Source: Bacteroidales bacterium
GTDB taxonomy: Bacteria > Bacteroidota > Bacteroidia > Bacteroidales > P3
Length of the DNA: 64,000 bases
NCBI GenBank assembly: GCA_017645585.1
Contig: JAGCOF010000007.1
Location: 49-64,048, forward strand
Direction of reading: 5' to 3'
Position numbers and translations under genes: made by a program. Shown piece after piece: positions 1 through 9,884 of this stretch. Every line of letters begins with the position of its first letter. Position 1 is the stretch's first letter. The notes beneath the pieces were generated by a model, which was given only the letters and a program-made list of their open reading frames with translations, was not told the origin of the DNA and searched no databases.

Positions 1-20
1 ACAACCGGCCAGCGACCACC

Positions 21-45
21 ATTTATATCGTGCACGACCTATTTT
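21..45 (+). repeat. Palindrome-core end motif (ATTTATATCGTGCACGACCTATTTT), copy 1; probably the right end of a repeat element truncated by the window edge
   Basis: Shares ATATCGTGCACGACCTATTTT with 17461-17481 and with the reverse complement of 36776-36796. Confidence 0.7.
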
Positions 46-99
46 CCTGAGGGGGCGGATACAATATTTCCGAGGGGTGCGCGTTATGGATTTATTATA

Positions 100-1014
100 A
101 TGGAAAAGATACACTTTCTGCACAAGGGCGACCGTGTGGCGCTGGCGGCGCCGGCCCGCAAGGTGAGCCCCGACGAGATGGCGCCGGCCATCGGGATGCT
201 GGAGTCGTGGGGCCTGCAAGTGGTTGTGCCCAAGGGCCTTTACGCCGAGGAGGGGCAGCTGGCCGGCAGCGACCGCCACCGTGCGGCGCTGCTGCAAGGG
301 CTGCTGGACGACCCCGAGGTGAAGGCCATCTTCTGCTGCCGTGGCGGTTACGGCACGGTGCGCATCATCGACCGGCTCGATTTCAGCCGGCTGGCGGAGC
401 ACCCCAAATGGGTGGTGGGATACAGCGACATCACGGTGCTGCACAGCCACATACACAGCACGTTGGGCCTGCCCACGCTGCACGCCACGATGCCCGTCAA
501 CATGCACGGCGAGGAGACCCCGGCCACCCGCACGATGCACGACTTCCTCTTCGGCGTGCATCGCGACTATGTGGACCATGAATGGGCTCCCCACGCCCTG
601 AACCGCCAAGGGACGGCCTACGCGCCGGTGGTGGGCGGCAACCTGAGCATCCTCTACAGCCTGCTGGGCTCACGGTCACAGATAGATACACACGGCAAGA
701 TACTGCTCATCGAGGACCTGGACGAGTACCTCTACCACATCGACCGCATGATGCAGGCGCTGCGGCGCGCCGGCATGCTCGACGGGCTGGCGGGCTTGGT
801 GGTCGGCGGCTTGAGCGATATGCATGACAACACGGTGCCTTTCGGCCGCACGGCGGAGCAAATCGTGATGGAAGCGGTGGCCGACAAGAAGTATCCCGTA
901 GCCTTCGGTGCTCCCTTTGGACACCTGGGCGACAATAACTTAGCCCTCCCGCTGGGAATTAATTGCGCGCTGGAAGTCCACAAATCAAAAAATTGTCGTA
1001 TCTTTGCACCTTGA
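100..1014 (+). CDS. ldcA: LD-carboxypeptidase (peptidase S66 family)
   Basis: 304-aa ORF. N-terminal KGDRVALAAPA, CCRGGYGT and GYSDITVLH motifs are typical of S66 muramoyl-tetrapeptide carboxypeptidases. Confidence 0.8.
   Translation: MEKIHFLHKGDRVALAAPARKVSPDEMAPAIGMLESWGLQVVVPKGLYAEEGQLAGSDRHRAALLQGLLDDPEVKAIFCCRGGYGTVRIIDRLDFSRLAEHPKWVVGYSDITVLHSHIHSTLGLPTLHATMPVNMHGEETPATRTMHDFLFGVHRDYVDHEWAPHALNRQGTAYAPVVGGNLSILYSLLGSRSQIDTHGKILLIEDLDEYLYHIDRMMQALRRAGMLDGLAGLVVGGLSDMHDNTVPFGRTAEQIVMEAVADKKYPVAFGAPFGHLGDNNLALPLGINCALEVHKSKNCRIFAP
999..1006 (+). promoter_or_regulatory. Bacteroidota sigma-A -7 box TATCTTTG
   Basis: Matches TAnnTTTG. Lies inside the ldcA 3' end, 9 nt before ATG 1016. Confidence 0.55.
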
Positions 1015-1015
1015 T

Positions 1016-2326
1016 ATGCTGCTCGTACACGTACCACGACTGACCAACCGGCTGGGCTACACCCTCAATGTGTTGCTCAAACACCTGTTGCACACCGACT
1101 TCAGCATCACCACCGACGAGGAGTGCTTCCTGCGTCACGGCGACGCCAAGTTCTGCTACGGGCCGCGCCTCATCGGCGACAGCTTGCATGTGAAGAGCTG
1201 CGGCCTGCTGTTCGAGACCTCAATCGAGGAGCAGGAGCCGCGCCCCTTCCAGCGCGACGGGCAGTGGATGCTGTTTCCCGTCTACGGGCGGGACCTGGAG
1301 CTTCCCTTCGACCTGCTGGCGGCCACGTTCTACATGGTGAGCCGCTACGAGGAGTATCTGCCTCACCGCGAGGACGAGCACGGCCGCTTCGCCACCGGCG
1401 AGCACCTGGCCGTGCAGGCCGGCTTCAAGGACGAGCCGGTGGTGGACCAATGGGCCTGCCTGCTGAAGCGGCTGATTGAGGAGCACTATCCCGACTACAG
1501 CTTCCCGCCACGCAGATACCGCTTCGTGCAGACGGTGGACATCGACGCCGCCTGGCGCTACCGCCACAAAGGGGTGCTCCGCACGCTGGCGGGCACGCTG
1601 CGCGACCTGGTGGTGCTCCGCGACATGGACGAGGTGCGGCGCCGTCTGCGCGTGCTGACCGGCCGCGAGGCGGACCCCTACGACTCGTTCGACTACATCA
1701 TCGACCAGCGGCAGCGCGCCCCGGGCTCCTACCTGCTCTTTTTCTGCCTGCTGGCCGACTACGGGCAGTATGACAAGCCGGCCAACTACCTCAACCCGCA
1801 CACGCGCGAACTGCTGCAGCACCTGGGCGACCACGCCAAGATAGGCATCCACCCCGGCTACGGCGCCCTGGAGCACCCACACACGGTGGACATCGAGACC
1901 AAGCGGCTGGAGGCCATCCTACACCGCACCATCGTGCGCTCGCGCTACCATTTCCTGCGCCTGCAGCTGCCACAGTCCTACCGCATCCTGCAGCACGCCG
2001 GCATCAGGCACGACTACACGATGGGCTTTGCCGACGACACGGGCTTCCGCGCCGGCATCAGTGTGCCGTTCCCCTTCTATGACCTGGAACGCGACCACGA
2101 GACGGAACTAGCGCTGCACCCCTTCTGCGTGATGGACACCGTGCTGCAGCGCCACTTGAAGCTGACGCCCGAGGAGGGCCTGGAGCGCTACAAGACACTG
2201 ATAGAACGCCTGCACCAGGTGAACGGCACCTTCTGCTGCGTGGTACACAACCAGGACCTGTGCGACCTCGACGGCTGGGCGGGCTGGCGCGAGGTGTATG
2301 AGCAGATGCTCGACATGGCGAAATAA
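1016..2326 (+). CDS. Conserved Bacteroidota protein, polysaccharide-deacetylase-like (tentative)
   Basis: Long ORF with coding-like composition. I take ATG 1016 rather than the track's TTG 1004. A TATCTTTG -7 box lies at 999-1006. The family call is from memory of similar Bacteroidota proteins and is not verified. Confidence 0.5.
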   Translation: MLLVHVPRLTNRLGYTLNVLLKHLLHTDFSITTDEECFLRHGDAKFCYGPRLIGDSLHVKSCGLLFETSIEEQEPRPFQRDGQWMLFPVYGRDLELPFDLLAATFYMVSRYEEYLPHREDEHGRFATGEHLAVQAGFKDEPVVDQWACLLKRLIEEHYPDYSFPPRRYRFVQTVDIDAAWRYRHKGVLRTLAGTLRDLVVLRDMDEVRRRLRVLTGREADPYDSFDYIIDQRQRAPGSYLLFFCLLADYGQYDKPANYLNPHTRELLQHLGDHAKIGIHPGYGALEHPHTVDIETKRLEAILHRTIVRSRYHFLRLQLPQSYRILQHAGIRHDYTMGFADDTGFRAGISVPFPFYDLERDHETELALHPFCVMDTVLQRHLKLTPEEGLERYKTLIERLHQVNGTFCCVVHNQDLCDLDGWAGWREVYEQMLDMAK

Positions 2327-2337
2327 CAGAGAAAGCA

Positions 2338-2862
2338 ATGATGATAAACTACAAAGAAAAACTGCAGCCGGTGCGCGCCTTCGTCTTCGACTTCGACGGG
2401 GTGATGACCAACGGCGACGTGTGGGTCTATGCGGACCGCGAGACGGTGCGCTGCGGCAACATCAAGGACGGCTTCGCGGTGCAGTATGCCGTGAAGAAGG
2501 GCTACACGGTGGCCGTGATCAGCGGCGCCACGTCGGCCAGCATCGACAACCGCATGGCGATGCTGGGCGTGACGCAATGCTACACGGGCTGCGGCGACAA
2601 AATCAAGACCTACGAGAAGTTCCTGGCCGACAACGGGCTGCGCGACGAGGAGGTGCTGTGCATGGGCGACGACCTGCCGGACTATCCCCTGCTGCAGCGC
2701 GCCGGCGTCTCGGCCTGCCCCGCCGACGCGGCGGTGGAAATCAAGGAGATTGCCGACTATATCTCGCCGTATGAAGGCGGCAAAGGCTGTGTGCGCGACA
2801 TCATCGAGCAGGTGCTGCGTCTGCACGGCCAATGGTTCCACCCCGACGCGGTGGTGTGGTAA
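2338..2862 (+). CDS. kdsC: 3-deoxy-D-manno-octulosonate 8-phosphate phosphatase (HAD IIIA)
   Basis: 174 aa. FVFDFDGVMTNG (HAD motif I), VISG and GDDLPD motifs, and a KdsC-like length. Confidence 0.8.
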   Translation: MMINYKEKLQPVRAFVFDFDGVMTNGDVWVYADRETVRCGNIKDGFAVQYAVKKGYTVAVISGATSASIDNRMAMLGVTQCYTGCGDKIKTYEKFLADNGLRDEEVLCMGDDLPDYPLLQRAGVSACPADAAVEIKEIADYISPYEGGKGCVRDIIEQVLRLHGQWFHPDAVVW

Positions 2863-2877
2863 AATGAAAACGGAATA

Positions 2878-3648
2878 GTGATTAGTGAAAAAAACATAGT
2901 GGGGAGAAAGGTGTTTGCGGTGTGCGCAAGCATGGTTTTCCTTTTTTCATTTTTCAATCCCGTGCGGGCACAGTACTACGATTGGCGCGACACGGTGACG
3001 GAATACCCCAACAAGGGCACCTTCTACCACGACAAGTTTGTGGGCCGCAAGACCGCCAGCGGCGAGGTGTTCGACCAGAACAAGTTCACCGCCGCCCATT
3101 GGAAGCTGAAGCTGGGCACCTATATTCTCGTCACCAACCAGAACACGGGGCTGCAGGTGATTGTGAAGGTCAACGACCGCTGTCCGAAGCGCGGCGTGAT
3201 CGACCTGAGCCACCGCGCCGCCACCGCCATAGGCATCCGCGGCTGCCAGCCGGTGACCATCCGTGTGCTGCCCCCGGGCTACGAGGAGCGCTGGGCGGCA
3301 CAGGAGGGGATGTTCGACTCGGTGAGCGTCAAGCACCACCCCACCCCAGCCTCCGCTCCTGCACCGGCCGCCCAGGGCAAGATACCGGTCTATGCCTCGT
3401 CGGGCACCAAGGGCACCACCGCCTACGGCCTCTACCTGGGCACCGTGGCCTCGCACGGGCAGGCCTATGCGATGGCCAACAAACTGCCCGAGGCCTATCG
3501 CGAGCAACTGCTCGTGGAACCGACGGCCGACGGCGACAGCCTGAGCGTGTCCCTCGACGTGAGGTTGACTCATCAGCAGGCCGAACAGCTCCGCAAGGCC
3601 CTGAAAAGTTCCTTTCCGGCCGCCGAAATCAGGGTGCAAAATCCTTGA
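2878..3648 (+). CDS. rlpA: RlpA-like septal ring lytic transglycosylase with C-terminal SPOR-like domain
   Basis: Signal peptide, then a DPBB/RlpA core (YHDKFVGRKTASGEVF...VKVNDRCP...IDLS) and a SPOR-like C-terminus. GTG start, so the start is uncertain. Confidence 0.7.
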   Translation: MISEKNIVGRKVFAVCASMVFLFSFFNPVRAQYYDWRDTVTEYPNKGTFYHDKFVGRKTASGEVFDQNKFTAAHWKLKLGTYILVTNQNTGLQVIVKVNDRCPKRGVIDLSHRAATAIGIRGCQPVTIRVLPPGYEERWAAQEGMFDSVSVKHHPTPASAPAPAAQGKIPVYASSGTKGTTAYGLYLGTVASHGQAYAMANKLPEAYREQLLVEPTADGDSLSVSLDVRLTHQQAEQLRKALKSSFPAAEIRVQNP

Positions 3649-3695
3649 GAAAAGAAAAAAATTAAACTTTTTTTGGCCTATTTATAAATTATTAT

Positions 3696-3703
3696 TATCT
3701 TTG
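3696..3703 (+). promoter_or_regulatory. -7 box TATCTTTG upstream of porP-gldKLMN
   Basis: TAnnTTTG match with a TTTG (-33-like) at 3672-3675, 20 nt upstream. Confidence 0.6.
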
Positions 3704-3780
3704 CACAATCAAATCCACCCCAAAACAGAGGGGGGCATTTGAGTGTAAATACTATATAAAGAACTAAAAAACAAGCCATT

Positions 3781-4839
3781 GTGGCGATAATACATAGACA
3801 AAAGAACCTACATTGGACTCGAAAAACGGCGTCATTTTTTGTGATGACAGCCCTATTTTTGTCTGTTGCCACGGCCCAAAACGAGGGTCAGTACACCCAT
3901 TTCATGTTCAATCAGCTGAGTTATAACCCAGCCTATGCGGGCAGCTCGGGTGCACTCTCTTTCTCGCTCCTCTACAACAACCAATGGATGGGCCTCGACC
4001 TGCAGGCGCCGACGGCGAATACGACGGCCGGTGTGACCCCCACCAACATCCTGGCGTCGTTCGACATGCCGGTGTCGTGGCTGCACGGCGGCATCGGTCT
4101 GACCTTCAATTCGGAACAAATCGGTTACCATAGCAATACCACCATCAACCTCGACTATGCGTTCCGCATCTATTGGGGTCGCGGCAACCTGGCGGCCGGT
4201 GTGGAGATGAACCTCTACAACTTCGCCTTCAACACGCAGAACCTGGTGGGTATTAGCGACTTTACGGGCGACCCCGTGAACCCCGTCAACCAATCGGGCG
4301 ACCCTGCGGTGAACGGGCAGGCGGTGTCGGAGTTCATGGTGGATGTGTCGACAGGCCTCTACTACCAGGTGCCGAGCGAATACTATGTGGGCCTGTCGGT
4401 GAAGAACCTGCTGGCCTCGCACAGCGACCAGCTGGCCTTCAGCAACGCCAGAACCCTCTACCTGATAGGCGGCTACGAATACGCCTTCCCCTACAACCCC
4501 TCGTTCAAGCTGAAGCCCTCGTTGATGGCCAAGACGGCCAACTTCTCCACCGTGCAGGCCGAAGCGGCCCTGCTGCTGGACTATGAGAACTTCTTCTGGA
4601 GCGGCCTCGGATACCGTCTGGGCGACGCCGTCACCTTCCTGGCGGGCGTCAATTGGAACTTTGCCAACCTGAATTGGCTGCGCGTCGGCGTGGCATACGA
4701 CCTCACCACTTCGAAACTCGGCGGCTTCAAGGCCGGCCGCAGCTTCGGTTCGTTGGAGATATTCGTCAACGGCACCTTCCGCATCATCATCCCGAAAGAT
4801 CCGCCCACGGTGTCGCGAACCACGCGCTTCCTGCTATAA
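3781..4839 (+). CDS. porP: PorP/SprF family T9SS membrane protein
   Basis: Signal peptide followed by the family signature FMFNQLSYNPAYAGS. It sits directly upstream of gldK, as in porP-porKLMN operons. GTG start, so the start is uncertain. Confidence 0.8.
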   Translation: MAIIHRQKNLHWTRKTASFFVMTALFLSVATAQNEGQYTHFMFNQLSYNPAYAGSSGALSFSLLYNNQWMGLDLQAPTANTTAGVTPTNILASFDMPVSWLHGGIGLTFNSEQIGYHSNTTINLDYAFRIYWGRGNLAAGVEMNLYNFAFNTQNLVGISDFTGDPVNPVNQSGDPAVNGQAVSEFMVDVSTGLYYQVPSEYYVGLSVKNLLASHSDQLAFSNARTLYLIGGYEYAFPYNPSFKLKPSLMAKTANFSTVQAEAALLLDYENFFWSGLGYRLGDAVTFLAGVNWNFANLNWLRVGVAYDLTTSKLGGFKAGRSFGSLEIFVNGTFRIIIPKDPPTVSRTTRFLL

Positions 4840-4913
4840 ACATTAAAAAAATAAAAAAGCGAAACATTTTTAGTTAAAAATACGTTATAGGAAATTAATA
4901 AAATATGTGTAAT

Positions 4914-6275
4914 ATGAAAAAGTTTGTTCTCATCCTCGCCGTCTCGGCTGCCATGCTCTGCAGCTGCAGCTCGCCCAACAAAGGTGAACTCGTCGGCGTG
5001 AACGACCGTCCTTATTTTGAAGACATCGACCTGAAAGGCATGGTGTTCATCAACCAAGGCAACTACACCATGGGCGCCGGTGTACAGGGCGTCACTTACG
5101 GTGAACCCACCCAACCGCGCAAGATGCAGATTGGTTCGTTCTTCATGGACGAAACCGAAATCACCAACAACGAGTATCGCCAATTCGTCTATGCTGTGCG
5201 CGATTCGGTGGCACGCCGCATCCTCGGCAATGCCGGTATCGACGGTTTCCTGATTGAGGAAGACAAATATGGCGAGCCCCTCGACCCGCCCATCATCAAC
5301 TACAAGACCAAGATTGACTATGCCGACGCCGATGTGCGCCAGGCCCTGATCGACGGTGGCTTCTACATCGTCGACATCAATCACCGCCGTGTGGTCGATG
5401 TTTCTAAAATGAATTATGAATACTATTATATTAACTACTCCGAGGTGGCGAAGAAAGAAAACGGCACTGCCGGCAAGAGCGAATACCGCGGCACCTCTTT
5501 CTCTGTGCGTCCCAAAGGCCTGAACAACCGCTCGAGCCAGATACAGCGTGAGTATATCAACATCTACCCCGACACCCTCTGCTGGGTGCACGACTACACC
5601 TACTCGATGAACGAGGACTATAGCCGCAGCTACTTCTCCTCGCCCGCCTTCGACAACTATCCCGTGGTGGGTGTCAGCTGGCGCCAGGCCAAGGCTTTCT
5701 GCGTGTGGCGTTCCAACATGCTGAACCAATACCTTGAGAGCATCAACTACAGCACTCTGAACGACTTCCGTCTGCCCACCGAGAGCGAGTGGGAGTTCGC
5801 TGCCCGTGGCGGCATCGCCTCGCAGAGCTATCCGTGGGGCGGCCCCTATGTGCGCAACCCGAACGGCTGCTTCCTGGCCAACTACGAGCCCCTGCGCGGC
5901 GCCTATGACGACGACGGTGGTGTGAAGACCCTGATGGTGGGTCACTATGCCCCCAACGACTACGGTCTGTATGACATGGCCGGCAACGTCAGCGAGTGGT
6001 GCCTCGACGCCTACAACGAGTCGACCTACATCATTGCCAACTCGCAGACCCCCTACTACAACTACGATGCAAAGGACGACGACCCGCTGGCCATGAAGCG
6101 CAAAGTGATCCGTGGCGGCAGCTGGAAGGACCAGAAATACTTCATCCAGGTGCAGACCCGCAGCTACGAATTCATGGACACCGCCAAGAGCTACATCGGC
6201 TTCCGCTGCGTGCAGCCCTACCTCGGCCGTGTGAAGGGTGACAACCTCCGTACCGCCAGCAACGTGGCCCGCTAA
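4914..6275 (+). CDS. gldK: T9SS lipoprotein GldK/PorK (FGE-sulfatase/SUMF1-like domain)
   Basis: Lipoprotein signal MKKFVLILAVSAAMLCSC. SWEFAARGG and RGGSW motifs. Operon context. The track ORF starts 9 nt earlier, at 4905. Confidence 0.9.
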   Translation: MKKFVLILAVSAAMLCSCSSPNKGELVGVNDRPYFEDIDLKGMVFINQGNYTMGAGVQGVTYGEPTQPRKMQIGSFFMDETEITNNEYRQFVYAVRDSVARRILGNAGIDGFLIEEDKYGEPLDPPIINYKTKIDYADADVRQALIDGGFYIVDINHRRVVDVSKMNYEYYYINYSEVAKKENGTAGKSEYRGTSFSVRPKGLNNRSSQIQREYINIYPDTLCWVHDYTYSMNEDYSRSYFSSPAFDNYPVVGVSWRQAKAFCVWRSNMLNQYLESINYSTLNDFRLPTESEWEFAARGGIASQSYPWGGPYVRNPNGCFLANYEPLRGAYDDDGGVKTLMVGHYAPNDYGLYDMAGNVSEWCLDAYNESTYIIANSQTPYYNYDAKDDDPLAMKRKVIRGGSWKDQKYFIQVQTRSYEFMDTAKSYIGFRCVQPYLGRVKGDNLRTASNVAR

Positions 6276-6338
6276 ACAAACTATTCATCGGAAAAGAAAC
6301 ACATTTACACATAAGCAAACACACAAAAACACAAAGTT

Positions 6339-7190
6339 ATGAGCGTCTTAGACAACATCGTTCGCAGTAAAGCGTATAAGAACTTCATGGCCAAGCTGTA
6401 CGGTATTGGTGCAGCTGTCGTTATTTTCGGTGCTCTGTTCAAAATCATGCACTGGCCGGGTGCCAACCTGATGCTTATCGCAGGTATGACCACAGAGACC
6501 ATCATCTTCTTCCTCTCGGCCTTCGAACCCCCTCACAAAGAGTGGGATTGGAGCCTTGTGTATCCCGAACTCGCCGGCATGGTTGACGAGAACGCCATCG
6601 AGTTTGACGAGAACGGCAACCCCATCGAGAAGGTGGTGAACAAGGACCCCCTGAGCGCCAAGCTCGACAAGATGCTGGAAGACGCCAACATCAGCCCCGA
6701 ACTCATCGACCGTCTGGGTCAAGGCATGAAGAACCTGGCCGAAACAACCAATGCCATGAACAACATGGCCAACGTCACCGCTGCCACCGACAAGTTTATC
6801 AGCAATTTGGACAATGTGGCTGGCCAAGCCGGCAGACTGCTTGAGAGCATGCAGGGTGCCCCCGAGGCCATCTCGACCCTCTCGTCCATTTATCGCGAGA
6901 CCGCTGAGTCGCTGGGTGGTGAAGTGAGCTACGTCGACGAGATGAAGAAGATGTCGAACAGCCTGAGCAGCATCAACGCCATGTACGAGATGCAGATCAA
7001 CAACGCCTCGGCCCAGATGAACCTCAACAAGGAATTCGAGGAGAAGATGAGCGCCATGCTGGCCAACTTCACCGACTCAGCCGAAGGCATCGTGAAATAC
7101 AAAGAACAAGTCGACGCCCTCACCCGCAAGGTGGCCGAACTCAACAACGTATACGGCAACATGCTGGCCGCCATGCAGACCCGCCTTTAA
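6339..7190 (+). CDS. gldL: T9SS motor component GldL/PorL
   Basis: 283 aa with two N-terminal TM helices (YGIGAAVVIFGALFKIMHWPGANLMLIAG...), located between gldK and gldM. Confidence 0.9.
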   Translation: MSVLDNIVRSKAYKNFMAKLYGIGAAVVIFGALFKIMHWPGANLMLIAGMTTETIIFFLSAFEPPHKEWDWSLVYPELAGMVDENAIEFDENGNPIEKVVNKDPLSAKLDKMLEDANISPELIDRLGQGMKNLAETTNAMNNMANVTAATDKFISNLDNVAGQAGRLLESMQGAPEAISTLSSIYRETAESLGGEVSYVDEMKKMSNSLSSINAMYEMQINNASAQMNLNKEFEEKMSAMLANFTDSAEGIVKYKEQVDALTRKVAELNNVYGNMLAAMQTRL

Positions 7191-7243
7191 TACACCGCAT
7201 GTCTAACTAAACTCCAAGTGTAACTTAAAGAAAGGAATAGACA

Positions 7244-8887
7244 ATGGGTGCAACAAACTGTCCGGAAACCCCGAGACAAAAGATGATTACGATGATGTAC
7301 CTCGTGTACACCGCCATGTTGGCTCTGAATGTCTCTGCCGAGGTGGTCAACGGTTTCAAAACCGTGGGTTCCGCCATGACAAAGTCGAACGAGAACATCC
7401 AGGTCAAACTTGACGAGACGTACGCGAACTTCTCTAAGGCTCTGCAGAACAGCCCTGACAAGGTTCAAGAGCAATATGACAAAGCTCAGAGAGTACGTGA
7501 GCTTTCCATTGCCATGGGCAGCTATATCGACAGTCTCGAATACACCTTCATGGCCACTCTCAACTCTACCGCAGAGGTGCCTATCGACATTAACAATCCC
7601 AAGAAAACACGCAAGATTCCCGTCGTCAACGAAGACAAAACGCCTAACTTCGACAGCATCAAGAAAGCCATTGATATTGCCGGCTTCCGTTGGCTGAAGA
7701 TGGACGAGCTTCACGAGAGTTCCCGAATGTTTATTGATGGCGGCGCAGGTCTCGAGCTGAAGAACAAGATTATAGAGTATAAGAGACAAGTCAAAGAAAT
7801 TCTGGGTGAAGACTCCAACCACGTAAGCATCGCTCTTAATGTGGAGCAGAAAGAACTCAACCCCGACAATGAGTTATTGGATTGGGAAGTACTCTGCTTC
7901 TCCGAGGTGGTGTCGGGCTCCGCTCTTGTAACCCTGACCCGCTTGAAAGCCGAAACGATGAACGCCGAGTTCGACGCCGTCAATATGCTGTACAAACAGG
8001 TCGACAAGGGCGACTTCAAGTTCGACCAGATTGCCATGATTTCGCGTCCCAAGTCCACCTATATCATTCAAGGTGGTGTCTATGAGACTGACATCAACGT
8101 GGCCGCCTACGACTCCAAGCAGCACTTCACCGCCACCGTCAACGGTCAGCAACTGAACTCGACCGACAGCGGTTCGGTGCACTACCGCACCGTCTGCAAC
8201 ACCCTCGGTGTGCAGCGCATCACCGGTATAGCATACGTCACCACCCCTGACGGTGGTACGAAAGAATACCCCATCAGCGACAACTACTTTGTGGCCAAGC
8301 CCGTCGCCGTTGTCTCGCTTGACAACATGCAGGTGCTCTACGCCGGTATCGACAACCCCATCACCGTCTCGGTCCCTGGTGTCGACAGCCGCAACGTCAA
8401 GGCCTCCATCCTTGAAGGTCAAGGCACCATTACCCCCACCGAAGGCGAGGGCAAGTATCTGGTCAAGCCCACCCCCGGCGGCAAGAAAATGGTCATCGGT
8501 GTGGATGCCGTCATCGACAAGGGTTCCCAGCGCATGGGCCAGCCCACCTTCCAGGTGAAGCCCATCCCCGACCCCATTATCACTGTCGGCGGCTTCTCCA
8601 ACGGTGCCAAAGTGTCGCGCGCCAACCTGGCATCGGGTGCCACCGTTGTGGCCCGTGCCGGCGAGGGATTTACGTTTAAGATTCCGAAGGGAAGTATCCG
8701 TGTAATGAGTCTTGAGGTCTTTGTGGGCAACAAACCCTTCAACATGAACGGCAACTCCTTCGAGCCCGACCTGCTGTCGGCCATCAAGCGTGCCAACCGC
8801 GGCGACAAGATTTATGTGGACGCCAAGGTCATGATGCCGGACGGTATTCCCCGGACGAGCAGTTGCATCTTGACCATCAACAAGTAA
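7244..8887 (+). CDS. gldM: T9SS component GldM/PorM
   Basis: Canonical N-terminus PRQKMITMMYLVYTAMLALNVS, 547 aa, operon context. Confidence 0.9.
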   Translation: MGATNCPETPRQKMITMMYLVYTAMLALNVSAEVVNGFKTVGSAMTKSNENIQVKLDETYANFSKALQNSPDKVQEQYDKAQRVRELSIAMGSYIDSLEYTFMATLNSTAEVPIDINNPKKTRKIPVVNEDKTPNFDSIKKAIDIAGFRWLKMDELHESSRMFIDGGAGLELKNKIIEYKRQVKEILGEDSNHVSIALNVEQKELNPDNELLDWEVLCFSEVVSGSALVTLTRLKAETMNAEFDAVNMLYKQVDKGDFKFDQIAMISRPKSTYIIQGGVYETDINVAAYDSKQHFTATVNGQQLNSTDSGSVHYRTVCNTLGVQRITGIAYVTTPDGGTKEYPISDNYFVAKPVAVVSLDNMQVLYAGIDNPITVSVPGVDSRNVKASILEGQGTITPTEGEGKYLVKPTPGGKKMVIGVDAVIDKGSQRMGQPTFQVKPIPDPIITVGGFSNGAKVSRANLASGATVVARAGEGFTFKIPKGSIRVMSLEVFVGNKPFNMNGNSFEPDLLSAIKRANRGDKIYVDAKVMMPDGIPRTSSCILTINK

Positions 8888-8931
8888 GCACACTCTCAAA
8901 AAGACATTGAAAACTAATAAATGATAATGAT

Positions 8932-9810
8932 ATGAAAAAGGTTTTGTTAAGCATCTTCGCCCTGGCATCTCTTGCCATCAGCGTCAACGCACAGAGCGTC
9001 ATCGATGCCGAGGAAGGTCGCAACCCCAACGACTTCTACCAGAAAGGCATCGTGGTTGGTAAACGCGCCATGCCCTATGCCTTCCTGCGCGAGAGCGACG
9101 TGGTGTGGGAAATGGCCGTCTGGCGTCAGATAGACCTCAACGAGAACTTCAACCAATTCTTCTATTATCCCATCGAGCAGGGCAAGAATGAGCAGCGCCG
9201 TATCAACCTTGTCAACCTCATCATGAACGCCGCCTCCAATGGCGAAATCGACATCTATGAGGACGACGACATGAAGGTTCCCCAAGAGTGGAGCAAAGCT
9301 CTTGTCAACATGCAGGGCCGCCAGCTGAAAGTCCGCTACGGCGAAGAGGATGAATTCGGCGATCAGGAGGTGTTCAACGACACTATCCCCGAGGACTTCG
9401 ACCCCGCTACGGCACGTCTCCTCAAGCTCAAAGAGTATTGGTACATCGACAAACAGGACTCGCGCCAGAAAGTGCGCATCACCGGCCTTGCCTTCCGCTT
9501 CATGAAGAACATCCTGCGTTCCGGCGAGAGCGAAGAGGTGGCCGAGTGGAGTTTCTGGATCCCGATGGACGACATGCGTGTGCGCCAGGTCCTGGTGAAC
9601 GCCAACGCCTATGACCAGAACAACGACGTGGCCGAGCGCTCCTATGACGACATCTTCATCCAGCGCTACTTCGACAGCTACATCACTCGCGAGAGCAACG
9701 TCTACAACCGTGAGATCACCCAATACCTCACCGGCGAGGACGCCATCCTTGAGTCTCAACTCATCGAGGACAAAATCTTTGACATCGAGAACGATATGTG
9801 GGAATACTAA
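8932..9810 (+). CDS. gldN: T9SS periplasmic ring protein GldN/PorN
   Basis: 292 aa with a signal peptide. MPYAFLRESDVVWE and FNQFFYYPIE motifs. Follows gldM. Confidence 0.9.
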   Translation: MKKVLLSIFALASLAISVNAQSVIDAEEGRNPNDFYQKGIVVGKRAMPYAFLRESDVVWEMAVWRQIDLNENFNQFFYYPIEQGKNEQRRINLVNLIMNAASNGEIDIYEDDDMKVPQEWSKALVNMQGRQLKVRYGEEDEFGDQEVFNDTIPEDFDPATARLLKLKEYWYIDKQDSRQKVRITGLAFRFMKNILRSGESEEVAEWSFWIPMDDMRVRQVLVNANAYDQNNDVAERSYDDIFIQRYFDSYITRESNVYNREITQYLTGEDAILESQLIEDKIFDIENDMWEY

Positions 9811-9831
9811 TTCCCGTTATTAAGGAAGTAA

Positions 9832-9870
9832 AAGGAGTTAAGTGTTGACATCGCCAACCCTTAACTCCTT
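9832..9870 (+). terminator. Hairpin between the two gldN paralogs (11-bp perfect stem AAGGAGTTAAG/CTTAACTCCTT, 17-nt loop)
   Basis: Read directly from the sequence. It is followed by a pyrimidine-rich tcctattct. It could be a terminator, an attenuator or a processing site. Confidence 0.45.
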
Positions 9871-9884
9871 TCCTATTCTACCCC

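Noticed and set aside
1-99. The ldcA reading frame is open (no stop) all the way to the window start, suggesting a longer protein.
   Set aside because: No ATG, GTG or TTG occurs in frame within 1-99. The upstream stretch is the repeat-element end motif. MEKIHFLHKGDRVALAAPA at 100 is a canonical LD-carboxypeptidase N-terminus.
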